Shown here: piece by piece, positions 27,961 through 43,085 of the stretch
Layout of the letters: each line of letters starts with the position of its first letter
Numbering within the stretch: the first letter of the stretch is position 1
NCBI RefSeq assembly: GCF_009914755.1
Contig: NC_060939.1
Length of the DNA stretch: 64,000 bases
Reading direction: 5' to 3' (one strand)
Origin: the human T2T-CHM13v2.0 reference genome, Homo sapiens
Translations under genes and position numbers: made by a program
Notes under the pieces: model-generated
The model's input: the letters and a program-made list of their open reading frames with translations, nothing else
Databases searched by the model: none
Told to the model about the DNA's origin: nothing

Positions 27961-28238
27961 TTTTTTTTCTTTTTTTTTTTTTCGAGATAAGAGTCTTGCT
28001 CTGTTGCCCAGGCTGGAGTACAGTGGCGTGATCTCGGCAACCTCCACCTCCTACGCTCAAGCAATTCTCCCACCTCAGCCTCCCAAGTAGCTGGGATTAC
28101 AAGTTTGTGCCACCACCATGCCTGGCTAATTTTTGTGTTTTTTGTAGAGATGGGGTTTCGCCATGTTGGCCAGGTTGGTCTCGAACTCCTGGGCTCAAGC
28201 AATCCACCTGCCTTGGCCTCCCGAAGTCAGGGATTACA
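27961..28238 (-). mobile_element. Alu, AluJ-type, 5'-truncated
   Basis: T-tract then gagataagagtcttgctctgttgcccaggctgg...ctcctgggctcaagcaatcc. Confidence 0.9.
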
Positions 28239-30928
28239 TGTCTGTTTTTCACGTTTTGTTTCATGCTCTTTCCTCAATTGGAAAAGCTCCATCTCTGTGT
28301 GATGACCACTATTTCATCCTCTCAGACTTAATCTTAACTTTTACAGGAAGAGTCAAGATACTGCTCTGTTATTTCATAGCCAATTCTACTATAATGTTGG
28401 GCTGCTTTACATCTCTCCCACCATCCTGGGTGTGCCTGAGGATGTTAGAGCCTGATCTTATGTGCTGTTGTAGTCATGACACCTGATGCGGAGCTGGCAC
28501 TCTATACAGTTTTATGGAAGGAAAGAAGGCAGGCAAGCAGGCAGTTTTGTCCAAGTGCACTGGAATAGAATACATGGCATTCTGATCCTATCTAGTTTAA
28601 GATTAAGTCTGTATTTTTTAAAAATTGAATTAAATTCAACGAACACTTGAATATATGACTTTTATGCATGACACATTAGCCCAGTTATTTGCAAACAATG
28701 CTTAATCACCATAGAAATTCCTGGCAAAGAAATGCATAAAGGAATGAACACTAGCCCTGCTCCTTGTTACCTGTCAGATGTTAAGGTATAGAGAAGCAAA
28801 ACTCTTCCTGAATGGAGAGTGTAGGCTGTGTTAAGGAGAGCACAGAGAAGTGCTCCTCTTACAAAAGAAGAAGAGAAGATTGCTCTTCAACAGCCAAACC
28901 AGTAAAAGCCACATGATCTATTTGTGGGAGACAATTGCAGACTGAAACACACAAAACTGTTATCAAGGTGACAAAGCTGCAATCTCAGAAAAATTGAAAT
29001 GTCATTGCCATTTGGAAAATTGGAATGCCTGAAGCTATCCAGAAGGCCTGTAAGTACTTCTATTCCTATCAACTTAATGGTAGAGTTTTCCAAGAATCAC
29101 GTACTGTATTTTGTCTCTAAACCTGTTTATGCCTGTTTCTTTGCATTCAAAAAGATATTTACCGTGTGCTTATTATGCATATGCCGAAACAGAGTGATGG
29201 AAATGACATTTTAATGGGGAAAATGGCAGGTAGAGGCAAATGATGTGGAGAAAACAATCAATAAATGTGACAATTTTTTTTGTTGTTGTTGTAAGAAGGA
29301 ATACTCTCCTCTAAGTGAATATACTGGCTTGCTGGTTTATACATCAGCTTCTTGTGAGTTTGGAAAGTATGAGTTAATCCCTCTGGGCTTTGTGCATGGC
29401 TAAAGGTGAATATACGACCACAGGGCTGAAGAACACCCTCTGAATTGTCATTTCACCAGGGCTGGTCGGCTGTGAGATCTTGCCAGGCGGCCAGCTGGCC
29501 TCCTCCAGTCATATCTAACCATAGCCCCTCTCACATTAAAATAAACTTTTTAGGCCAACATCAGCACAGGGAGTCCTTTCACCAGGGTGACAACACAAGG
29601 CCAAGTACATTCCACACACAAATTCAGAATGAAATATAACTGATACAGCCTGGGCTCCTAATGACCTTCAGATGCCAGTGTCAGTCAATGACTCCAAAGG
29701 AAAACTAACCTCCAGTTATAGCGCCATATTCATCTGGAATGCATTACTAAACGAAGAAATGGAATGGAGATGATTTTTTAGAACTTAGGAGCCAACTTTG
29801 TGGTGGATCACAGAGGTGCTTGAGGAAGGAAAACGAACAATAAAGTTCCCACAAGGACTAGAAGTCTGTGATGCTACAGTCAACATTCGGACGCTGAAAT
29901 GAAAGTTCACGTACGCTTCACAGAAGCATGTTCTTATCTAGAGTATAACATTGGAAAAGGTCTGGATCGACAAATATCTTTTCAAACTCACAGTAAACAT
30001 TCAATCTAATAAGGCTAGAATGCCATGGGAAAGTTTACAGTCCTGAGCTGGTAACTGGACTATCACATGGCTGGAATGACTTCTATCCATGGGGAAATCT
30101 GACGCACTGCAGTAGAACATGCTTAAAACAAACGGAATATAGTCTAAGGTTATATGGACATTGTGAAAACTCACATCCACAGCGTTACACATCATGGTGA
30201 TGAAATCAAGCACACTTGAGTTTCACCAGGCTCATGGAGACCACTGTCAAGACCGTTCTGTGATACCTGAAGAATCCCTAACTTCAATAACTGCTTCAAA
30301 ACAGTCAGTCCTTTACCAAAAGACTATAAACTCCCCTGAAAACATTTGTTTTTGTTTTTCTTTTTTTCCCTCTGCTCTAACATCACATTCTTCTGATGTG
30401 AATTTTTCAGAAACTCAATTCTTCTGGAAGATCTAACTTGAGATTCTTCTAAAGTCCCTGAAGAATCCCATTCTAATTTCAATGACAGGCCTATTTAGCC
30501 ACCCTCTGCCAAACTCACTGTATCTGAGGTTTCATATTCACACTTATGTATTCAGCTCTGTTAATGAGCTTAAATACGATACAGCTTATCTGAATGCTCT
30601 GTGATTATCATTTAAGATGTTTTAGTTTTTTGTGGAATTTTTAATTTTTGTAATGTAGCGAAATTTTAAGTCCCTAACAATGCTCCCTTGAATGGAAAAG
30701 TAGCAGGTGATGTGAAAGTAACTTAAGTGTCTTGTAGGTCAGGACCTATGGGTATTCTGCTGAGTAGCAAAGTCAAACAACTAAACAACATGAACTGAAA
30801 CCTAAAGGGCCGTGTGGTGTCAGATGTTTCCACTGTGAAACTCATACTAAATTCTACTGAAACCATCTAAGAGATTGTATTATCACTCAGCAAATATAAG
30901 TGAAATGTCAATATAAAGATTTACATTT

Positions 30929-31238
<310 letters not shown>

Positions 31239-32068
31239 AAAGATTTACATTTAATTAATTAGTGAGAAAGGGGAGTATTGTTTTCATGCGAGACACAGAT
31301 TTTGAAAAGGTATCATGTGTTCTGGTCTACTTTTCTAGATACTAATAAAAAATATGTGCACACAAAATCTCTTCTCTTTAAATGTCTTTTATCTAAAATT
31401 GAGCCAAAGATAACCAAATAGAAATAACAACATTTTGAAAACGAAAGGATGAAGAAACAATGACGTAACCAAATGAAGGAAAGTATTCCTCCCTAGAAGT
31501 ATTCCAGCTAATAAAGAAGAAATGATGGAATTAGTACATCATTATTTTGAAAACTTCTATTGAAATAATAAATCCAGGCAAAGATCATAAGTGCTCACTA
31601 ACATCACAGATAACTAAATATTATGCACTTCTTGATAGAAAACATAATAGCATCTATGATGTATTCTTCCACTCAGATTAAGTCTCTAGATCAGACAGTT
31701 TATAGAAAACAGGGGACAGGGGAACATGATAAATAAAAACATAGCAGCATCATCAGCAAAACCTAAAATGTGGGGAAGTCTACAAGACAAGTGACCTGGT
31801 TTCTTCAACAAGTAAATTACAAAAGGGGAAAAAATGGAGGGTAGAAACTTCTAGATTAAAATAAACTTGAGAGACACGTCAAAGGCAATGCATGGAATTT
31901 GTCTGGATCCTCATTTAAACTAACTATAAATGAATGGATGAATTAATGAGTATACAAACAACAGGGACATTAGAACCACTTATGTGATGATACTGAGTAA
32001 CTACGATTAATGTCTTTGAAGGAAGGATAATGGCACTGGGTGGAGTATTGTTTGGAAAAGTACCCCTG

Positions 32069-32205
32069 GGCCGGGCGCAGTGGCTCATGCCTGTAATCTC
32101 AGTACTTTGGGAGGCCAAGGTGGGCAGATTGCATGAGCCCAGGAGTTTGAGACCAGCCTGGGCAACATGGCAAAACCCCACCTGTAAAACAAATAAATAA
32201 ATAAA
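32069..32205 (+). mobile_element. Alu left monomer (FLAM-like)
   Basis: ggccgggcgcagtggctcatgcc...gagcccaggagtttgagaccagcctgggcaacatggcaaaacccc then (AAAT)n; no right arm. Confidence 0.88.
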
Positions 32206-32463
32206 GTATCCTTATTTTTTAGCAATAGTACTAACATTTTTAACAGATGACTTATAAAGCATCTGAAATTTGCTTCATAACCTACTTGGTGAGAGGGGGG
32301 CATTTTCAGATAAAACAAGAGTGAGTTGATGGTTCTGTAGCTGAGTATTGGGTATATAGGATTCATTAGGGCATTCTAACTTTGTATGTGTTTGACATTC
32401 TTCAGAATGAAATGTTTTTTAAAAAATGGAAAAAGTAAAACAAAAGTGATAGAAAAGACTTAC

Positions 32464-32551
32464 CCTGTTGGATATCCTTCATTTCTAAATGTAAACTAGA
32501 TATCAAGATTCCCACAGTTTGAGATCGTTTTCCATCCAACAATTTGATGAT
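32464..32551 (-). CDS. FMN1: Formin-1 internal coding exon, 88 nt ([29 protein letters not shown] + 1 nt), FH2 domain
   Basis: Manual translation matches recalled FMN1 FH2 (FMN2 differs here). Acceptor T14-ctaattttag, donor CAGG|gtaagt. Phase 0 to 1. Contains the conserved FH2 actin-binding Ile (SQTVGI). Confidence 0.96.
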
Positions 32552-33083
32552 CTAAAATTAGAAAAAAAAAAAAAAGAATACAAGCTCAAATGACCATGCA
32601 GTCTTTCAGGACGCACACCAAAAACATTAAATTTTTTTAGATACACTGATTGATGAACTAAATTGATGCTGCATGCACTCTTTAAATAATACTTAATTGG
32701 GAAGTAACTTATGCACAATTATAGACATCTTACACAATGACAGACGTTTTACAAAACAAACACACAAAATTCCATCAGCCTAATACAAACGCTAAATCTT
32801 TATATGTTACTGTGATCATTTTACTCAAGTACAAAGTTATACCAGCATCAAGATGTACAGAATGTGGTATCCATCTTTTTCACTTATCACTGGAATATTT
32901 TCATGTTGCTACTGGTGAAGTCACTTCATAGCCTCCAATCTTTTTAGTAATGTCATCTTCTGAGTGATTTAGGGGAAAAAGCATGAACAGCTGAGTCAGC
33001 CACCAGTGATATGGCCTTGGTAAAGTGATAACCTCTATGAATTGATTTCCTCATCATGAAGGGCTGACTATATTTAGTCTATA

Positions 33084-33386
33084 TTTTATTTTGAGAGAAG
33101 GTCTAGCTCTGTCACCTAGGCTGGAGTGCAGTGGTGTGATCAGAGTTTGTCTCAGCCTTGACCTCCTGGGTTTAAGTGATTCTCCTGCCTCAGCCTTCAG
33201 AGTAGCTGGGATCACAGGCAGGCGCCACCACACCCAGCTAATTTTTAAATTTTTTTATAGAGACAAGGTCTCCATAAAAACTTCATTGCCCAGGCTGATC
33301 TGATCCCAAACCCTAAATTCAAGTGATTCTTCCATTTCAGCCTTCCAAAGTGCTGGGGTTACAGGCATTAGTCATTGCACCTGGCC
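33084..33386 (-). mobile_element. Alu, AluJ-type
   Basis: Diverged reverse-strand dimer ending gcacctggcc. Confidence 0.9.
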
Positions 33387-33559
33387 TATACATTTATTTT
33401 AGAAATTAAATGACTATATGAAAAGCACTTAATATAGTTCTTGACATATATTTATTTAAAGATTTTCTGTTTCAGAGAGGTTACTTCCTATTTGTTATTA
33501 TTAATATAAACAATATAATACCTTGCACACAAAGCTCTAGTTTTAAATTAATCAATTAA

Positions 33560-33848
33560 TTTTTGAGATAGTATCCAGCGCCGTCACACAGGCTGGAGTA
33601 GAGTGACGCAATCACAGCTCACTGTAATTTTGAACTCCTGGGCTCAAGGGATCCTTGCACCCTCACGAGTAGCAAGCACTATAGGTGCAGGCCACCATGC
33701 TTGGCTAATTTTTATTTTTTTGATGTTTTGTAGAGGTGAGGTCTCACTATATTGCCAATGCTGCTCTTACACTCCTGGGCCCAAGCCATCCTCCCACCTT
33801 GGTCTCCCAAATTATTGGGATTATAGGTGTGAGCCACCACACTTGGCC
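33560..33848 (-). mobile_element. Alu, AluJ-type
   Basis: Diverged reverse-strand dimer ending gagccaccacacttggcc. Confidence 0.88.
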
Positions 33849-36223
33849 TTAAAATTATTTTTTATAATACTATGTATTTTTACAATCTTCATAGAAACTC
33901 CACATACCTCATTGCCAGTTATTTCAACCTTTATGAATATTCCATGGAGAAGTCTACATAGTTTTGTGTTTCTCTACAACTAGTAAACCAAATCAGCTCC
34001 CTGGTAACATATCACGAAGCTGCCACTAAGGGAAAAAAACTCTCTTTCCTCTCATGTGGCAGGGCTACAAAAATAAAAGAGAAGCACCCACAAAACACAA
34101 ATCTTACAAATGTTTTTAATGTGCTTTGCTGGTTAAAATACAAACTAGGCTGAACAGCTGTGCTTTCCTTCCCACCTAGGTACTTACAGAATTGCCAAAC
34201 TACTGTGAAGACAAGACTAAACAGTAACAAACATCTACATTTGTATTATTACTGTAATAGCTGAGTTGCTTGCTGGTTGAAAAGTAAGGGACAACAATAG
34301 TTTGTTCCAATAAAGATGATCTAACTGCCTAATTGTCTAACTACCTGTTGATTAATCGATCTTGAATCAATTATTGCCAGATATTTTTTTCCTTTACCTG
34401 TTCAGAATGGCTACTTTCATATAACGATTAGACCTAAAAGATAGTAAATACTAAGTATTAATCAAGATGTAAAGGAAAAAAATCTCATTTTTCAGTCAAT
34501 ATGTTTAAGCATGTCAATATTCGCCTTAGAAAGATTCTTGAGGCATACAGAATTTTAGGAGTTTTAAACAGAAATAGAGAAGGTACTCAGTAATTTTTTA
34601 TATGAAAGGAAAAGCAAAAAAAAAAGGCAATTAAGCATAATACAATATCTTCCTTAAAAATGCAATTTCTGGCTTTTTCTTAGAGAACCCAAATTTAAAG
34701 TCAAATGATTTCTTCATCTAATAAAAAAATTAAGAAAAGTCAATTTAGCCATGCACCCATTCAAAAAATATTTACTGTACACGTTACATGTGCCTGGCAT
34801 TGCTTTGTATTCTGGGGATGCGGAGGTGACTGAGACAGATCAAGTCGTAAGAAGTTTGCTGTAGAGTCAAAAAGGCAAATAAAAGCATCACCTAAACTAA
34901 CTGGAGTGCAAATTCAAAAAGAGAAACGTTTTGGGAATTGACTAGATTTATTCTTAAGTGTCCAGGATGGTGACTGATACAACCACAACCATGGCATACA
35001 CATCAATGACAAGGACACAGGAACAGGATCAAATTTATGACAAGATCACAGCTGGGTTGCAAAAGTTTCTTCAAATGAACACGCACCAAGCTATCCAGTT
35101 AGGGCTCTGAAAACTACCAGTAATACTCTGCCTACAAGAAAGGTAATGTACAAATGCACATTTCTCTGTTAGCTAATTAAAAGAAAGCAGGAGAGAAATC
35201 ACGAGAGAGTAAAAGAGCAAGAAAGATATTGATTCTGTCTGTCCCTGAGTAAAATGAGGCAAATCTACCCCTCACCCCATTATACAACCAGACTTAACTG
35301 TGGAAAGGATGTTATCACCATAAGCCATGCTTGGAATTTTGTCGAATGACTTGGCACAACCAGGTATTTGCTGAGTGTTACCTTTACTGGGACTAATGCC
35401 TTAAAACGTTTTTGTTTGGAAATCTGATGCTGATTTCCTACAAAGGGGCTGGGGGCAGCTAAGCAGTGGTGAAGTTGGAGCATTTTGTATTCTCTTCCCT
35501 ACCTGAACCAAATTCTCTGTCTACTTTTAAGTAAATTTTCAAAAAGATCCTTCTATGTTTCCATGTAGCCACTCTTGTGAAATACCACCAGGTTTCTCAA
35601 AACCAACTACAATGGTAGGGACACAATGCGCACAGAATGATATGTCCTAAATCCTCTTAGTCTCTTCGTCTTTTTTTTCTCCCATGGCTTTGAAGGCTTA
35701 ACACTAATTTCTCTTTATTTTTATGAAAAGTGCACAACATGAAATGTATCCTATTAACAAAAATTTAAATGTATAGTACATTATTAACCACAAGCACAAT
35801 GTTATACAGCAGATTTCTAGAACTTTTTCACCTTGCGTAACAGAAATTTTATACCCACAGAATAGCAGATTTCCAATTCGCCGTTGTTCCAGCCCCTGGG
35901 AACCACCATTCTACTTTCCATTCCTTTGAGTTTGACCACCACGGATACCTCATATAAGTGGAATCATGCAGCATTTATCTTTTTGTGACTAGATTATTTT
36001 CACTTAGCATAATGTCCTCAGGCCAATCCATGTTGTAGCAAATGACAAGATTTCCTTTTTTTTTTTTTGTGGTCAAGTAATATTCCACTGTATGTACACA
36101 CCACGTTTTCTTTACCCATTTGCCCATCAATGGACATTTAGGTTGTCTCCATCTCTTTGCTATTGTGAATGCTGCAACATGGGAATATCTTTTCAATACA
36201 GTGACTTCAATTCTTTTGGATAA

Positions 36224-36575
<352 letters not shown>

Positions 36576-38406
36576 CTATTTTTAAATTTTTAAAGAACTT
36601 CATACTGTTTTCCATAGTGACTACACCATTTTACATTTCCACCAACAGTGTACAAAGGTCCCACTTTGTCTACATCCTCAAAAAAACTTGGTATTTTTCA
36701 GTTTTTTTTTTTTTGACAGTGGCCATTCTGACACGTGTGAGGGGTTATCTCATTGTGATTTTGAATTGCATTTCCCTGGTGATTAGTGATGTTGAGCATC
36801 TTTTCCTTATACATATTGGCCATTTGTATACCTTTTTTGGAGAAATGTTTGGATAAGTCTTTAGCCCATTTTTATCAGACATATGGTTTGCAAATATTTT
36901 TTCCCATTCTGTAAGTTGTCTTTTTACTCCGTTGATTGTTTCCTTTGCTGAGCAGAAGCTTTTTCATTTAACATAGTCCCCTTTGTGCATCTGTTATTTT
37001 TGCTTTTTTTGGGGGGGGGCGGTCTATGCTTTTCATGCTATATCCAGGAAACAACTGCCAAAATCAATTTTAGAGGACTTTTCCCTATTTTTTAAAAAAG
37101 TTTTATAGTTTCAAGTCTCACATTTAAGTTTCTAATCTATTTTGAGTTGATTTTTGTATATGTTCCAAGATAAGGGTCCAATTTCATTCTTTTGTGTGTG
37201 GATAGCCAGTTCTCCTAGCACTATCTGTTGGAGAGACTATCCTTTCCACATTGTACAGTCTTGGCACCCTTGTCAAAGAACATTTGCCTGTATATGCTTG
37301 GGTTTATTTCTGGGTTCTCTATTCTGTTCTATTGGCCTATAATGTCTGTCTTTATGCCAGTACCATACTGTTTTGATTACTGCAGCTTGGCAATTTGTTT
37401 TGAATTCAGAAAGTGTGAGTTCCCTAGATTTGTTCTTTCTCATGGTGGTTTTGGCTACTCAGGGTCTTCTGTGGTTCCATACAAATTTTAGGATTGTTTT
37501 TTCCTATTTCTGCAAAGCAGCCACTGGGATTTTAAGAGGAACTGCACTGAATCTGTATGTTGCTTTGGGGGAATACAGACATTCAATAATATTAATTCTT
37601 TCAATCCATAAACATGAGATGTCTTTACAGTTATTTGTGTCTTCCTAAATTTTTTTAAGCAATGTTTTATAGTTTTCAAAACTAGTCTGTACTAGTCTTT
37701 TACCCTCTTCAGTTTATTCCTAAGTATTTCATTTTTTTGGATGTTACTTTAAATGAAATTGTTTTCTTAATTTCCCTTCCAGGTAGTTAATATTTTTGTG
37801 TTATAAGAACACAACGAATTTTTGTTTGTTGATTTGGAATCCTGTAAGTTTGCTGAATGTTTTTCATAGTTCTTCACAGTTTGCTTTTTTGGGGGAATCC
37901 TTAGGGTTTTCTACATATAAGATCATATCTGTGAACACAGATAATCTTACTATTTCATTTCCAACTTTGATGCCTTTTATTTCTCTCTCTTGATTAATGT
38001 CTCTATGACTTTCAGCACTATGTTGAATAAAGTAGCATGAATGAGCATCCTTGTCTTGTTGCTGATCTTAGTGGAAATGCTTTTGGTTTTTCAACCTTGA
38101 TTATAATATTAGCTTTGAACTTTTAGCATATGGTCTTTATTTCTTTCTATTCCTTCTAAAGAATATTTCCTTCTTTAGGTAATTTCCTTCTATTCCCAGT
38201 TTGATGAGTTTTTATCAGAAAACAGTGTTGAGTTTTTTCAAATGCTTTTTCTGCATCTATCAAAATATTTTTATCATTTGTTCTTTTAATGTAATATATC
38301 ATATTGATAAATATTCATATGTTGAACCTTCCTTGCATTTGAGAGATAATTGACACTTGGTGATGGTATATGATCCTTTTAATGTGCTATTAAATTATGT
38401 TTACTG

Positions 38407-38713
<307 letters not shown>

Positions 38714-40681
38714 TTAACATCTATATTTGTAAGAGCTAATGACCTGTAGTTTTCTTTTCTTGTAATGTCTTTGGCTTTGGTATCAGAGTAATGCTGTTCT
38801 CATAAAATGAATTTGGAAGGGTGACCTCTTCAATTTTTTGGAAGAGTTTGAGAAGCACTGCTTCCCTGTTAATTATTCTTTAAATGTTTGGTAGAATTCT
38901 CCACTGAAGCCATCTGGTTCTGGGCTTTTCTCTGGAGGTTTTTGATTTCTAATTCAATCTCCTTACTTGTTACAGGTCTGTTCAGATTTTCCACTTCATC
39001 ATGATTCAGTCCTGCTAGGTTGTACATTTCTAGGAATTGATCTATTTCTCCTAGGTTATCCAATTTTTTGGCATGTAATTGTTCATAGTAGGTTCTTATA
39101 ATCCTTCCAGTTCTGTGGCATCGGTTGTAATGTCTTCTCTCTCATTTTGTATATACTTGTGTTTTCTTTTTCTCCTTAATTTAGCTAATGATTTGTCCAT
39201 TTTGTTTATCTTTTCAAAAAACCAACTCGGTTGTGTTGACTATTTTCCTATTGTTTTTCTATACTCTATTTTGCTTTTTTTCTGCTGAAATCCTTATTTC
39301 ATTTCTTTTACTAACTTTGGGCTTAGTTTATCCTTCTTTTTCTAGTTCCATGAAGTGTAGAGTCAGGTTGTTTATTTGAAATCTTTTTAAACATAGGTGT
39401 TCACCCTAAAACCTTACTCTTAGTACTGCTTTTATTGCATCCCATATGTTTTGGTATGTTGTATTTTTGTTTCTGTTTGTCACAAGATATTTTCCAATTT
39501 CCCTTTTGGTTTCTTCTTTGACCCACTGGTTGTTCAAAAGTGTGCTGTTTAATTTCCCTGTATGTATAATGTTTCCAGTTTTCTTCCTGCTATTATTTCT
39601 AGTTTCATGCCATTGTGGTCAGAAAAGATACATGGTATAATTCCAATTTTTAAAAATTTGTTAAGGCTTGTTTTCTGACATAACGTGTGACTTATCCTGG
39701 AGAATGTGCACTTGAGAAGAATGTGTTTCAAAACCCAATTCCTGTTGGGTGGAATGGTCTATTTCCATTATGTCCATTTGGTATATAGTGTTGCTCAAGT
39801 CCTCTGTTTCCTTATTGTTTATCTATCTTGTTACATCATTTATCAAAAGTGGGTTATTGAAATCTCCCATTGCTGTGTTGCTGTGTATTTCTCCCTTTAG
39901 TTCTGTAAAAATTTGCTTCATATATTTGGCTTGTACGTTGGGTGCACATATAACTGTTATATCTTCCTGGTGAATTGACCCTTTTATCATTAAATAGTGT
40001 CCTTCTTTTTCTTTTGTTAGAGTTTTTGACTTAAATTCTAACTATGGCCACCCTGCTGTCTTTTGGATTGTTTTTAGTTTAGCTAAGGATGTCAGTTGTT
40101 GGTTTTTTTAAATTAACTCTTGGAATATCTTTTTCCATCCCTTTTCACTTTCAGCCTGTGTCCTTGAGTCTAAAATGACTATTATAGACAGCATATAGTT
40201 CCATCTTTTTTTATCCATTTAGCAATTTTATGTCTTTTGACTGAGAAATTTTCTCTATTTGCATTTAAAGTAATTACTGAGAGGCAAGAACTTATTATTG
40301 CTAATTTGTTCATTGTTTTGTAGCTTTTGTAGTTTTGTCTTTTTCTATATTGATGACTTTTGTGTTTTGTTTCTTACAGTGACTTGCTTTGATTCTTTTC
40401 TTTTTGTTGTTGTATCTCCTATAGGCATTTTCTTTGTTGTTACTATGAGACTTACATAAAACATTTTATAGGTATAATAATCTATTTTAAGCTAATTTCA
40501 ATCACATATACAAATTCTACTCTTACTTCTCCACTCCCACACTTCATGTAATTGATATAACAAATTATATTTTTTCTATTGTGTATCCATTAACGTATTT
40601 TTATAATTATATTTGTTTTTAATATCTGGCAGACATAAATTCTATACCAGAGTTAAAAGTGATTTATCCGCATCATTATAG

Positions 40682-41196
<515 letters not shown>

Positions 41197-41205
41197 AAAA
41201 GACAA

Positions 41206-41510
41206 TTTTTCTTTTTCTTTTTTTTTTTTTGAGACACAGTCTTGCTCTGTCGCCCAGACAGAGTGCAATGGCATGATCTCCACTCACTGCAACCTCTGCC
41301 TCCTGAGTTCAAGCGATTCTCCTCCCTCAGCCTCCTGAGTACCTGAGATTACAGGCACGCACCACCATGCCTGGCTAATTTTTTGTATTTTTAGTAGAGA
41401 TGGGGTTTCACCATGTTGGGAAGGCTGGTCTCAAACTCCTGACCTTGTGAGTCACCTGCCTTACCCTTCCAAAGTGCTGGGATTACAGGCGTGAGCCACT
41501 GCACCCAGCC
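41206..41510 (-). mobile_element. Alu, AluS-type, tandem with the previous Alu
   Basis: Reverse-strand dimer ending gcacccagcc. Confidence 0.93.
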
Positions 41511-41806
41511 GATAGACAGTTTTTCTAGATATAGTTTTCTTACTTGGTAATTTTCTTTCATTGCTTTGAATATATTACCCTATATCCTTCTGGTCTGCAA
41601 GTTCATGCTGAGAAATCTTCTGATAGTCTTGTTGGGGTGCCCTTATATGAGTTGCTTTTCACCTCCTGCTTTCAAAATTCTCTTTTTTGTCTTTAACTTT
41701 TGACAGTTTGATTATAATGTGCTCAGTGTGGTCTTTTGAGTTCTTGTAATCGGGATCCATCGGGATTCTTCAATCTGAATGTTTATTTCTTCCGCCAGAT
41801 ATCTGA

Positions 41807-42216
<410 letters not shown>

Positions 42217-42903
42217 TCCTCTTCGTTTTTTTCTTTTTGCTCCTCTAAATGGATCATTTCAAACGACCTCTCTTTATCTGATTCCTCCTTCTGCTTCATT
42301 AAGTCTGCTACTGAACCCCACTAGTGAGCTTTTAAATTTGGTTATTGTATTCTTTAGCCCCAATATTTGTTTGGTTCTTCATAATATTTTCTATTTCTTT
42401 GTTGATACTGTCATTTTGTTCATGTATCTTTTTCCTGAGCTCACTGAACATCTTTATGACATTTATTTTGAATTATTTGTCAAGTAATTCATATACATCT
42501 GTGTCTTTAGGATTGGTTTGATTTCTTTTGTTCCACTGGTTGGTCCATGCTCCCCTGTTTCTTTGTGTGCTTTGTTACTTTGTGTTGGGATGTGAAAAAG
42601 AAGTCACCATTCTCATTCTTTACAGACTGATTTCATACAGTGAAAGACCTTTGCCAATCAGCCCAGCTAGTGTCTCTGGGGGATTTTCAAGCCTTTTTCT
42701 GTGGATAAATATTCTCTGGACTTACGTATGTGAATTCCCAATTAGAGGGATTTTGGTTTTTCAGGAGCTCATAATCCCTGCTCTCTCTAGTGTCTGTCTA
42801 TGGTACTGCAGTTTCTCTGGAGGTATAAGCTGTCCAGCTCCTTTTTGTTCTCATCTGCCCCCAAACATCTAGAGTATGTCAAGTCCCATGAACACACAGA
42901 GTC

Positions 42904-43085
42904 AAAGAAGGAAAAGGAGAAAGGAGAAAAGAGGAGGGGGAGTGGGAGGAAGAGGAGAAGGAGGAGGAGAAAGAAGGAAGGAAGGAGAAGAAAGAAGGAA
43001 AGGAAGGAAGGAGAAGAAGAAGAAAAGAAGATGGGTGAAGATGAAGAAGAGCAAGAGGAGGAGGAAGCAGAGGAAGAAGAAAAAA
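42904..43085. repeat. GA-rich low-complexity tract (mixed GAA/GGA/GGAA)
   Basis: About 180 bp almost purely purine on the + strand. Confidence 0.95.
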
